From positions 67,456,001 to 67,520,000 of the forward strand of contig CM059430.1 of the NCBI GenBank assembly GCA_030390025.1: a stretch of DNA of 64,000 nt, in the 5' to 3' direction. This DNA is from Squalus acanthias. Its lineage: Eukaryota. Below, one piece after another: positions 52,805 through 64,000 of this stretch. The notes under the pieces are model-generated. The model had not been told where the DNA came from and made no database searches. It saw nothing but the letters and a program-made list of their open reading frames with translations. How positions within the stretch are numbered: the stretch's first letter is position 1; the number at the start of each line of letters is the position of its first letter. The translations under genes and the position numbers were made by a program.

Positions 52805-55800
52805 GAGTGGTATGCACAGAGTGGCATTAAACGGAGTGAACTGAAACAGGGTGTTTTATTTGCGAATTTAGAGAGAATGGGTGCCCCTGGTAAGTAGTAA
52901 GTGAGTAGTAGCTGTAAAAATTGAAATTTAGGTTAACATTTTGGTTTTAATCTAGAACTTTAAAAACTGTAATTAACAGAAGCTGCCTGCCAGTGGCAGT
53001 TAACTGTCAGTCAGCTGTAATATTGGTCTTGAATAGGTGCTAATCACTGGGAGTAGGGGGGCTGAATCAACACTTGTAACTAGGACGAGTATAAATGTAA
53101 ATAGTTCTGCAGAAGCACAGATTGGTCTGCACAGAGTGGCATTAAACGGAGTGCACTTAAACAAAGTGTATTATTTGGGAATTTGGTGAGAATGGGAATT
53201 CGGAGAAGAGGGGAAGGAGCTGCTGCTTTTAGCCTCCAATACCTGTAGTGCTTTGTGTTACAGGGAGCTATATCATTTCATTTTGCCATAACTTAATCTG
53301 GATCAAGTAAGCAGTCAACAAAGTAAACTTTAAAGTAAGTTACTTAAATACAAATTTAATTAAATAAGACAGGGTCATATAAGAATGGTAGTGCAGGTGG
53401 TGTGCCACTATTGCAGCATGTGGGAGTTTGTGCAGAGCATTTTTATCCCGGACATGCACGTTTGCAGTAAATGCCTGCATCTTGAGGAACTTTAGCTCAG
53501 AGTTGTTGAGCTGGAGTCTGAGGTGCAGAAATTGCGGTGCATCTGGGAAGGGGAGAGTTACCTGGACACTTTGATCCAGGAGGAAATCACACCCCTTCAG
53601 TTAGGTAGTGGTGCAGGTCTGGTTAGTGTACAGAGACAAGAGCGTGTGACTGCAACTCAGGCAGGTAAGTGGACCTCAGGTGCAATGCTGGAGCAGCCTC
53701 AGCCGTTCCCATTATCCAACAGGTATGAGGTTCTTGCTGCCTGTGTGGATGAGCGAAAAGCCTGCAGGATGGATGAGCAAGCTGATCATGGCACCATAGG
53801 GAATATAATTGTGGTAGGGGACAGTATAGTCAGAGGGATAGATACTGTTCTCTGCAGCTGTGTCCTCAAGATCCGAATGTGGTGTTGCCTGCCAGGATTA
53901 CAGACATCTCCTTGCGGTTGGAGAAGAACTTGGAGTGGGAGGGGGAGAATCCAGTTGTCGTGGTCAAAGTAGGAACCAACGACATAGGTAGAACTAGGGA
54001 TGAGGTTCTGCTGAGAGAGTTTGAGGAGTTGGGGTAAAAAGTAAAAAGCAGAATTTCAAAGATAATAATCTAGGGTGTGTTACCTGAGCCTCGCGTCAAT
54101 TGGCATAGGAATAAGCAAATTAGAAGTTTAAATGCATAGCTGAAATAGTGGTGGGGGACACAGGGGTTTCGCTTCATGGGGCACTGGAACCAGTACTGGG
54201 GAAAGACGGAGCTGTTCCGTTCGGACGGGCTCCACTTAAACCGGGTTGGAACCGATCTCCTGGCGAATCGAATCACTAGGCCAGTAGACAGGCCATTAAA
54301 CTAATGAAGGAATGGGGTGAGAGGATACAGGAAAGAGTAATTTTTTTAAAGCAGCAACAGAAATGTCAAGGCTCTAGACCAGAGCAGAGTTTTGGGGAAA
54401 AAATAAGCAGCGTCGGCCAGGAAGGGACAGAGGGTGTAACAAAGGTTATAGGTCATCAGTGACTAAAGTGAAATCAGGGAAAAATAGAAAAACGTCAACG
54501 CTACTATATCTGAATGCACGAAGCATTCGCCACAAAATAGATGAATTAATAGCGCAGTTAGAAATTAATAAGTTTGATCTAATAGCCATTACGGAGACGT
54601 GGTTGCAATGTGGCCAAGGTTGGGAACTAAATATTCCAGGATACTTAACTTTTAGAAGAGAGAGGCAAAATGGAAAAGGAGGTGGAGTAGCCCTGATAAT
54701 AAAGGATGGGATAAAGACAGTAGAGAGAAAGGTCTTACCTCTGAAACTCAAGAAGTTGAACCAGTTTGGGTGGAACTAAGTAACAGCAAGGGATAGAAAA
54801 CAATGGTGGGAGTTATTTATCGGCCCCCAAACAATAGTTGTAATGTAGGGAAGAGTATAAATCAGGAAATTAGAGGCGCATTTTACAAGGGTAATACAGT
54901 AATCACGGGTGACTGACAAACCAAATGTGTAGTAATAGTGTTGTAGGTGCGTTCATGGAAAGTAGACAAGATAGTTTCTTAGATCTGTATTTTGGGGAAC
55001 CAACTAGGGAACAGGCCATTTTTGATCTAGTATTGTGCAATGAAACAGTGTTAATTACTAACCTTGTAGTAAAGAGGCTTTAAGGAAGAGTAATCATAAT
55101 ATGATATAATTTTATACTAATTTGAAAGGGATTTAGTTAAATCCGAAACTGGGGTTTCAATCTAAACAAAGCAAACTATGTACGTATGAGGGGAGAGTTG
55201 CCTAAGGTAGATTGGAAAATTGCATTAAAATATATGAGGTAGAAAATCAATGGCTAGCATTTAAAGAATTAATACAAAATTGACAACAAATGTACATTCC
55301 TTTAAGGGACAAAAATCCCACAGGAAAAGTGTTCCAACCGTAGCTAACAAGAGAAGTTAAAGATAGTATTAGATCAAAGGAAGAGACTTAGAATGTTGCC
55401 AAAAAAGATTATTAAGCCTGAGGGTTTTAGAATTCAGTGAAGGAGGACCGAGAAATTGGTAAGGAAAGATAAAAAAGAATCTGAGAGTAAATTAGAAAGT
55501 TACATAAAATACAGATTGTAAACGTTTCTACAGGTATGCAAATAGGAACAAATTAGTGAAAGTAAACGTGGGCCCATTTGAGGCAGAGACAGGAGAAATT
55601 ATAATGCACAATAAGGAAATGGCAGAGACATTAAACAAATACTTTGAATCTATCTTCACGGTAAAAGACACAAAAATCATTCCGGAAATAATGGTGAAAC
55701 AAGGGTCTACAGAGAATGAGGAACTTAAAGCAAACAGTATAAGTAAAGACATACTTACTGGAGAAATTAATGGGACTTAGTGACAAAAAATCCTCATGAC

Positions 55801-57362
55801 CTGTCGACCTGCATCCTATGGTTTTAAAACAGGTAGCTGCAAAGATAGTGGTTGCATTGATATTAATCTTCCAGAATTCTCTAGATTCTAGTACAGTCCC
55901 CACGGATTGGAAGGTAGCAAACATAACCCCGCTATTGAAGAAACGAGGAAGAGAAAAAGACAGGGAACTATAGGCCAGATAGCCTGTCATCAGTAGCAGG
56001 CCAAATGCTAGAATCTATTATTTGGGACGTGGTAACAGAGCACTTAGAAAATCGTAATATCATTCGGCAGAGTCAACATGGTTTTATGAAAGGGAAATCG
56101 TTTTTGGCAAATCTGTTAGAGTTTTTTGAAGATGTAACTAATAGATGGATAAGGGGGAACTAGTGGATGTAGTGTATTCGGATTTTCAAAAAGCATTCGA
56201 TAAGGTGCCACACAAGAGGTTCTTACACAAAATTAGGACTCATGGGATTCAGGGTAATATATTAGCAAGTATTGAGGATTGGTTAATGGACAGAAAAAAA
56301 GTGAGTAGGCAGAAACAGGACATTTTTGGTTTGGCAGGCTGTGACCAGCGGAGTACCGCAACGATCAGTGCTTGGGCCTCAGCTATTTACAATATATATT
56401 AATGTTTTAAATGAAGGGACTGAGTGTAATGCATCCAAATCTGCTCAGGATACAAAGTTAGGTGGCAAAGTAAGCTGTGAGGAGGACGCAAATAGGCTTC
56501 AGGGAGATATAGACAGGTTGACTGCATCCGCAAGAACATGGCAAATGGAACAAAATGTGGGAAACTGTGAAGTTATCCTCTTTGGTAGGAAAAACTAAAA
56601 AGCAGAATATATTTTGAATAGTGAGAGACTTGGATATATTTGCATTCAGAGGCACCTGTGTGTCCTTATGCATGATTCTGAGAATGTTAATATGCAGGTA
56701 CAGCAAACAATTAAGAAAGCAAATGGTATGGTAGCTTTTGTTAGAAAGGGATTAGAGTATAAGAGTGAAGCAGTCTTAAAACAGTTATACAGGCCATTGT
56801 TGAGGCCACACCTCGAGTATTGTGTACAGTTCTGGCCTCTTTACCTGAGGAAAGACATACTTGCCTTAGAGGGAGTGCAACAGAGGTTCACTAGACTGGT
56901 TCCTGGGAGGAGGAGATTGCCCTATGAGGAGAGATTGACTAGACAAGTCCTATATTCCCTAGCGTTTAGAAGAATGAGAGGTGCTCTAATTGAAGCATAT
57001 ACAATTCTTAAGGGGCTTGACTGGGTTAATGGTGGGAAAATGTTTCCCCTGGCTGGGGAATCTAGAACACGGGGTCACAGTCTCAGAATAAGGGGTAGGC
57101 CATTTAGGACTAAGATGAGGAGACATTTCCTCAATCAAAGGGTTGTGAATCTTTGGAATTCTCTATCCCAGAGAGCTGTGGATGCTCAGTTGAGTATATT
57201 CCAGACAGAGGTCGATACATTTTTGGCAACCAAGGGAATTAAAGGATATAGGATAGTGCGGGAAGGTGGAGAAGAGGTAGAATATCAGCCATGATCTTGT
57301 TGAATGGTGGAGCAATCTCGAAGGCCAAAGTGGCCTACCCCAGCTCTTCTTTCTTATGTTCT
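52805..57362 (+). mobile_element. Near full-length CR1 LINE (5' UTR, ORF1, ORF2, 3' UTR), inactivated
   Basis: ORF1 about 53385-54305: CHYC..W...CSKC zinc finger, coiled coil, SGNH esterase motifs GDSIVRG, VGTND, DGLHLN; ORF2 about 54459-57294: YLNARSI, ITETW, RT motifs; many stops and frameshifts; ttcttatgttctt tail. Confidence 0.93.
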
Positions 57363-57364
57363 TA

Positions 57365-58844
57365 AATTCTTATTTAACCATATCCACGTCTTCCACCTCC
57401 ACACATAGGTTACCTTTTTGGTCTCTAATAGGCCCTACTATTTCCTTAATTATTCTCTTGCTTTTTATGTATTTACAAAGCACCTTTGGGTTTTCCTTGA
57501 TTCTACTTGTCAATATTTTTTCATGTCCCCTCTTTACTTTCCTAACTTCCTTTTTAATTTCACCAATGCACTTTCAATACTATTTTGTCCTTTTCTATAA
57601 CTATGTTAAATCTAACTTAATTATGATCACTACCAACAAAATGCTGTTCCACTGCTATCCCTACCACCTGCCTAGCTTCAGTACCGAAAACTAAGTCCAG
57701 AACCGCACCCGCACTTTTTGGTCTTCTCATGTACTAGTTAAAAAAGTTCTCCTGAATGATTTTTAAGAATTCTACACCCTCTATTGCTTTTACACTAATA
57801 CTAGCCCAGTTAATATTAGGATAGTTTAAATCCAATACTATTACTGCCCAATTGATTTTCCACATCTCAGAAATTTGCCTAAATATTTGCGCTTCTATCT
57901 CCCTCTGAATGTTTGGGCGTCTATCGCGCACTTCCAGCATTGTCATTGCTCCTATATCTTGTTCTTTCAACACATATGACCTCATTTGATGATCCGTTTA
58001 GCATATCATCACTCCTCACAGCTGTAATTGTTTCCTTAACCAATATTGCGACCGCTCCCTTTTTATCCCCCTCTCTATCGCATCTGAAAATCCTGTATCC
58101 AGGAATGTTGAGCTGCCATTACTGGCCTTCTCATGCCATGTTTCAGTAATAGCTATGATATAATTCGTGTCTATCTGTACCTTCAGCTTATCGGCCTTGT
58201 TCACTAGACTCAGTGCATTGAAGTATATACCATTAAGCACTGCCAATCTCCTTCGTCGTCTATTTTCTAGCCTTTGCTTTCTCTGCCTTCCAAACTCATT
58301 TACTAATTTACTGCCTTCCATTTACAGATTTGCTTCTCTTCCTACTACATCTACGCTATGATTCCCGGCCCGGCCCTGTTGAGGCATCACCCGTGTGGGT
58401 TGTACAGGTCCCACCTCCCCCAGTTCCTCAGGATTCTAAAGTCCTCCCTACTCCAACATCTCTCCAGCCATGCATTCATCTGCTCTATCCTGCTATTTCT
58501 TTAGTCACTCAAGCATGGCACTGGGAGTAATCTGGAGATTACTGCCTTTGAAGTGCTGCTTACTAATCTTTCTTCCTAGCTCCCTCAATTCACCCTGCTG
58601 GACTGCAGCCCGCTTCCTACCTATGTCATTGGTACCGATAAGGACAATGACTTCTGGCTGATCACCCGCCTTCCTCAGCCGCTCAGTGACATCCTTGACC
58701 CTGGCACCAGCGAGGCAACATACATCCTGGAGTTACGTCTGCAGCCGCAGAAACACCTGTCTGTTCCGCTAGCTATTTAATCCACTATCACTATTGCATT
58801 ATTTGAACTTCCTCCTACCCCGCTGTACAGCTGAGCCAAACATA
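57365..58844 (-). mobile_element. CR1 (ORF1 end and ORF2 start), left part of the copy split by Harbinger
   Basis: YFNALSL, IAITETW, DLNYPNINW; continues at 63122. Confidence 0.85.
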
Positions 58845-59202
58845 GGGGGGAAAATTAGGTCGCGCCCCGTTTGGGGCGCAAATATCGTCTGGACGCAAAT
58901 ATTAGCGCCTGGTGCTAATTATCGCCACTGACTGGAAACTTCACTTTTACCGCCCCGGGAGGTGAGTGGAGCACTAAATCAGGCGCTGCACATCTGTCTT
59001 AAGGCGCAAAGGCCGAGCAGTGAGGCGCTAACTCAGTGCGCGAGCGCAGCACAGGTGCTGCCAGTTAGCGAGGGAACACAGACACACTGGCGCCGGCCAG
59101 TTCTTAAAGCGGGGGGGCCAACTTGCTCCCCAGCCACACCCTGCTCATTGCAGCCTTGAATCTCGGCCTGGAGAGACCTGTGAATCCATTTTGCTGCCAA
59201 GG

Positions 59203-61130
59203 ATGGAGAGGGTGAGAGAACGAGCTCAGCGCTTCACCGAGCGGGCCTTGGATGCTCTGGTTGGTGCGGTGGAGCGCAGAAGATGTATACTCTTCCCTGA
59301 GAGTGGCAGGAGGCCTTTGCCACGCGAGTACAGAAGAGTGTGGAGGGAGGTGGCTCAGAGCGTCTCCTCCAGGAGCATGGTGCCCAGGACCCATGTTCAA
59401 TGCCGCAAAAAGTTCAACGACCTCACTCGGGTCGTCAGGGTGAGTGGCTTTTTCTCAATACCTCTCCATCCCTCCATCTCAACCTCACTCTATGGCCAGA
59501 GGGTCTTAAAACCCCAATGCACAACACTCATCCAACACCTATGGCCCTTTCATGAAACACACACACACATTCCACACTTTGCATACATTAAGGGCTATTC
59601 ACCTATGGGAGGCACATCAGGCAAGACCATGGCTGTATACAGTAAGGGCTATTCACCTATGGGAGGCACATCAGACAAGACCATGGCTGTATACAGTATG
59701 GGCTATTCACCTATGGGAGGCACATCAGGCAAGACCATGGCTGTATACAGTAAGGGCTATTCACCTAGGGGAGGCACATCAGGCAAGACCATGGCTGTAT
59801 ATTTACTCAGATGCTGTCCTTTTTCTTGCAGGCCAAGCTGGCGCATAATAGGAGACAGCAGCAACGGACAGGTGGAGGGCGGCCTCAGCTGCAACCCTGC
59901 AGCGATCTTGAGGAGCGCGTCCACAGGATTGTGGCAAGCCGGGTGATCGGTCCCGTCGCCACTGGAGACGCCGACCCCGTTCTGGACAGCAATGGTAAGG
60001 TCATCACCTTTTTGTTCACTGTCCTTCCACTTGTCCCTCACAACACCAGCCTTTGACACTTTCAATCCAACTTGCTAACTCGCTGCACTTATTCCTCCCT
60101 TACTGCCACCCTGTCCTCACGCTAAAGCCACTCTTGTACCTCCCTGCTTTCAGATGGTGATTCACCAGCTGAGGAGACGGGCCCTGAAGCTGCCAGTGGG
60201 AGTGAAGCTGCAGCCGAGGAGGAAGAGGAAGCCGGAGCATCAGTGCCACCCTCTCCCGAGGAAGCCCATGCCCACACTGGGAACACGCCTTCCCTGGAGG
60301 GGAGCAGGGGGGAAGGGTCTGATGAGGGTGAAGCTCCAGGACCCAGTGGGCTGCAGCAACGCCAAGGGGGTAGGGAAGAACGGGGGCCTTCTCCCCAGAG
60401 GGAGAGTATGCCAGCGACTCCTACTGCAGTGGACGCAGAGGAGGAGCGGCTGATCACAGAAATGAACACCCAGGCGGTGGGCATGCACACTGAGCTCATG
60501 GGTGCAGTGGGAAGGGTGCCCGAATGCATTGAGTCACTGGCAAGGAGTGTGGAGCACTTCGCTGTAGCACAGGCGGATGCCACACTAACGCTTAGTGCTG
60601 CAATTCAGTCACTGACTGCCGTGATCCCATCTCTGACTGCTCTCATGCAGACTCAGATTGAGGCCACGCGAGCACTGACTGCTGCCAACCTCGATGGTTC
60701 GTTCACATGTCCCCGGGGCTCTCACCGCGCCGCAGCAGGCCAGCAATCTGTGCTCCAGCAGATTGCTCCGGATGCTGAAGTGCTGCCCCGTGGGAGTGCC
60801 AGTGTGTCGGACGAGCAGGGAGCTGCTGTCCTCTCTCACGATGACAGCATTCCTGCTGCCAACACTGTCACTTCTCCACTGCACTTGCCACCGCCTGTAG
60901 GACAGACTGCTGCCGCCCATGCAGAGTTGGTGCAGTCTGCATTCGGGCCCTCCAGGCCCAGAACTAGTCGAGGCCATCCTTCAGGGGCATCTGCAGAGTC
61001 AGGGTCTGACGATCAGCAGCCTTCCACCAGCCTTGCTGCAGCCACTGAGGTCCCATTACGGAGGAGCAGTAGGGTTAGAAGGGGGGAAGTGCGCAAGGGA
61101 AGGAGATCACCCTCGAAGGGCAAAAAGTAG
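59203..61130 (+). CDS. Harbinger Myb/SANT-like DNA-binding protein, 3 exons (59203-59439, 59832-59994, 60154-61130; 458 aa)
   Basis: RFTERALDALV...WREVA...RTHVQCRKKFNDL | AKLAHNRR..RTGGG; GT-AG introns in phases 0 and 1 give an open 1377-nt frame. Confidence 0.88.
59589..59801 (+). repeat. 54-bp minisatellite, about 4 copies, in intron 1 of the Myb gene
   Basis: taagggctattcacctatgggaggcacatcaggcaagaccatggctgtatacag at 59589, 59643, 59697 and 59751. Confidence 0.95.
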
Positions 61131-61442
61131 GAGGTGTGACAAAATGCTGGTCATTTTTTTATTAAAGGTCGTGGTTCGTGGTCCAACTTTTGTCTAGTGT
61201 TTTGGACATTATCTCCAGGTTGTGAGAACCAGTTATGTTAATGACTGTTTTTTTGTGTTTATTTCTATGAGTTTGTCATGAGGAAATGACACACACAGAG
61301 TTTGTAAAATAAATAAGTTTTTGTATTCAAAATATACATGTTTGGTGTTTGGAATCATTGGTGCCTTGGCCGGCTTAGGGGTTGCGTGCTGGGTTCATTG
61401 ATGTTGTTAGCAATGGCAGAAGCCATTTCCACAGCAGGGGCC

Positions 61443-62603
61443 CTAGAAGCGGCTTGCTATCAGCCGTTGACGGACGGCCCTTGCAGTTTCACCATTGTGG
61501 GCCGCCCTCCCGCCTTGGTGCTGCTGATGATCATCCTCTTCGTCCTCTTCCTCCTCTTCCTCCTCCTCATCTGGTGGTGCTCCAAGGCCTGGTGGCATTG
61601 GCTGGGTCCTGACGATTGCCATGTTATGCAACATGCAGCACACAACTACGAAGTTGGATACTCGCTCAGGCGAGTACTGCAGGGCTCCTCCAGAATGGTC
61701 GAGACAGCGGAACCGTTGCTTCAGCACGCCGATTGTGCGCTCAATGATGTTCCTGGTAGCTTGATGGCTCTCATTGTACCGCAGCTCAGCAGGGGTGTTG
61801 GGCATACGGAGCGGTGTCATCAGCCAGGTGCTCAATGGATACCCCTTGTCCCCGAGAAGCCAACCAACTGGCTGATGCGGTGCCTCGAAAAGTTCTGCCA
61901 CAGTAGTCTGGCGCAGGATGAAAGCATCGTGGCAGCTGCCAGGATAGTGGGCATTGACAGCGAGTATCAGCTGTCTGTGGTCACAGACCAACTGAACATT
62001 CAAGGAATGGAACCCCTTTCTGTTCCGGAATTCCTCGGCATTCTCATGTGGAGCACGCAAAGCCACATGCGTGCAGTCAATGGCGCCCTGCACCATGGGG
62101 AAGCCCGCTATCCTCGCAAAGCCCAGAGCGTGGTCATGCTGCTTGTCTGGGGTCATGGGGAAAGAGATGAACTCTCGTCTCCTTTTAAAGAGGGCATTTG
62201 TGACCTGCCGGATGCAGCAATGCACCACGAACTGGGAGATATTGGCGAGGTCCCCAGCAGCAGCTTGAAATGAGCCAGTAGCATAGAAGTTGAGAGCGAC
62301 TGTGACCTTCACTGCCACCGACAGAGACGTCCTGGACCTCAGTTGAGGCTGCAGATCTGGCTGCAGCAGGTGGCAGAGCTCAGTGACCACCTCCTTGCTG
62401 AATCGCAGCCTTCACAAACACAGCTCCTCAGACATATGAATGTAGGAGAGCTGTTCACGATATACCCTGGGAGGGTAAGCTCTCCTGTACATACGCCTGT
62501 TGGCCCTCCTCCATCTGGCCATCATTGCCACTCTCTCTCTGCGTCTCTGTATCCTCCGATTCAGCTGGAGCAGGACGACACCCCCAATCAGTGCAACCCA
62601 CAT
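61443..62603 (-). pseudogene. Harbinger (HARBI1-like) DDE transposase, 386 codons with one in-frame stop
   Basis: GAIDCTH, YPGSCHDAFIL, LLGDKGY, IERTIGVLKQRFRCL; ORFs 62412-62672 and 61443-62390 share a frame and are separated by TGA at 62412-62414 (CL*RLRF). Confidence 0.92.
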
Positions 62604-62706
62604 AGTCTCTTTGCAAGCAAAGTTATGAAGGACAGCAACCAAAATAGCAGCGAAGTTAGGATCAGTAGGCAAAACTACCTCACAAAGCGTTGACTCAATG
62701 CAGAAG

Positions 62707-62745
62707 TCTCTCTTTCTCTCTCTCTGAATCTCTCTCTCTCTCTCA
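62707..62745. repeat. (CT)n microsatellite upstream of the transposase
   Basis: tctctctttctctctctct...tctctctctctctctc. Confidence 0.85.
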
Positions 62746-63121
62746 GAACGAGTGGTGCAAAAATGTCAACCACAGAAAAAGATAGGAAGAGGCCCCCTTT
62801 AAATAGCGCCCCCCCCCCCCAGCCCCACAGCGATTGATAGCGTTCCAGTGTTCCGGTCATTGGATGCGCTAGGCGTTAAGGCAGGGGGCGCCACTCAATT
62901 TCCGCTCCGGGGCGCCACAAGGGCATTGCACCATGGAATGACGTCACAATCTGCGTGCGCAGGTGGTCGCAGCGGTAAGGTTTAGCGCCGCCGCACAATG
63001 TCTAGTTAAGTTCCCGAGCGGCGCAAACATCGCTGCGCCCGGGCGCTAGCGGCTGTGCGCCCCATTTGCGCCCTCTTAAGGCGCTAACGGGAGGCGCAAC
63101 CAACTGAATTTTTACCCCATA

Positions 63122-63560
63122 GTGTCTTGGCCTTGGCTGTGGCTGCACTCCCTGGAGAAACCATCGCCCTCAACCGTATTCAGTATGAATAACGGTTAGA
63201 GAGCGAGATGAACTCAGGGGACTCCTGCACTACCTGCCTGGTCCTTCTTTTCTGACTGGAGGTCACCCATTCGCTATCTGCCTGCAAACTCTGAAGCTGC
63301 ACGGTGACCACCTGCTGAAATGTGCTGTTCCCGTAGCTCTCAGCCTTGTGGATGCAATGCAGTGATGCATGTCGCTGCTCAAGCTTCGAAACCGAGAGCT
63401 TGAGTTCCTCAAGCTGATGACACTTCCTGCACATGTGGTTGTCTAGGACACGAGAAGCTTCGTGGATTTCCCACATGGCACAGGTTATGCGTTCGATGGA
63501 AAGGTGGTGCCCTGTCATGCCTGTATTTATGGGACTGCTAACTAAACTTCTTAACCAACT
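63122..63560 (-). mobile_element. CR1 ORF1 N-terminus, right part of the split copy
   Basis: TCAMWE...MCRKCHQLEELKLSVSKLEQ...LSNRY, homologous to ORF1 at 53385. Confidence 0.85.
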
Positions 63561-63854
63561 CACTAACCTAACTTAGAGAGAAAATGACAAAGGTTATCCT
63601 CATCAACCAATCAACTACCTACTGCCTGTGACGTCACTCCCTGATATTTTTGTTATGGTTTTGCCGAAAATATCCTGCCACCTGTGCTGCTGCCTGCTCT
63701 CGCTCTGTCCTGGGCCTTCTCCATCACTCCCTTCATGCTGCTGCCACCTCTACTGCAGCCTATCAGGTCGGTGCTCTGTCTTCATCCAGGCCTCTGGTAT
63801 GCATGTCCAATAACAGAACCACTATGCTACCCAACCCGATTAGGTCCTTATGCT

Positions 63855-64000
63855 CCAGACAAGCTTGGGGCTCATGGGATTGGGTGTAATATACTAACAT
63901 GGATTGCGTATTGGTTAACGGATAGAAAACAGAGAGTAAAAATAAATTGGTAATTAATGGGTTGGCAGGCAATCACTAGTGGGGTACCGCAAGGATCAGT
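63855..64000 (+). mobile_element. CR1 RT fragment
   Basis: AHGIGCNILTWIAYWLTDRKQRV...SGVPQGS. Confidence 0.85.

Larger units (their letters stand above)
58845..63118. mobile_element. Structurally complete PIF/Harbinger transposon (4274 bp), TSD ATA
   Basis: TIRs GGGGGGAAAATT and AATTTTTACCCC (10/12 match); ATA at 58842-58844 and 63119-63121; two convergent genes; GC-rich subterminal regions. Confidence 0.92.

Noticed and set aside
59589-59801. CRISPR-like array
   Set aside because: Head-to-tail tandem repeat with no unique spacers, in eukaryotic DNA
61338-62273. 311-aa + strand ORF with a hydrophobic stretch
   Set aside because: Antisense shadow of the transposase; the hydrophobic run is the complement of its poly-Glu/Asp codons
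61443-62603. Domesticated host HARBI1 gene
   Set aside because: Lies within TIRs and a TSD, is paired with a Myb gene, is inserted in a CR1 and has a premature stop

Overview
Repeat-rich vertebrate genomic DNA, most likely a shark or other cartilaginous fish, inferred from the CR1, Deu-type SINE and Penelope families present. The one intact host gene I can support is a 4-coding-exon Ig-superfamily receptor on the + strand at 21491-25853 (266 aa). It has a leader, a germline-joined VJ-type V domain, a C1-set domain, an Arg-containing transmembrane segment and a very short tail, so it is shaped like an antigen-receptor chain but does not rearrange. A pseudogenised paralogous V exon follows at 27600-27906, and a possible decayed C1 relic lies near 37.7-38.0 kb. 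The rest is nested transposable elements: many CR1 copies (one near full length), L2 copies, a LINE/SINE pair sharing a 3' tail and Deu-type SINEs. Penelope-like elements carry minimal hammerhead ribozyme motifs. A PIF/Harbinger family includes a structurally complete 4.27-kb element (spliced Myb/SANT gene plus a transposase with one CGA>TGA stop), older relatives and several MITEs with 3-bp AT-rich TSDs. All calls come from reading the sequence by eye; no database searches were run.
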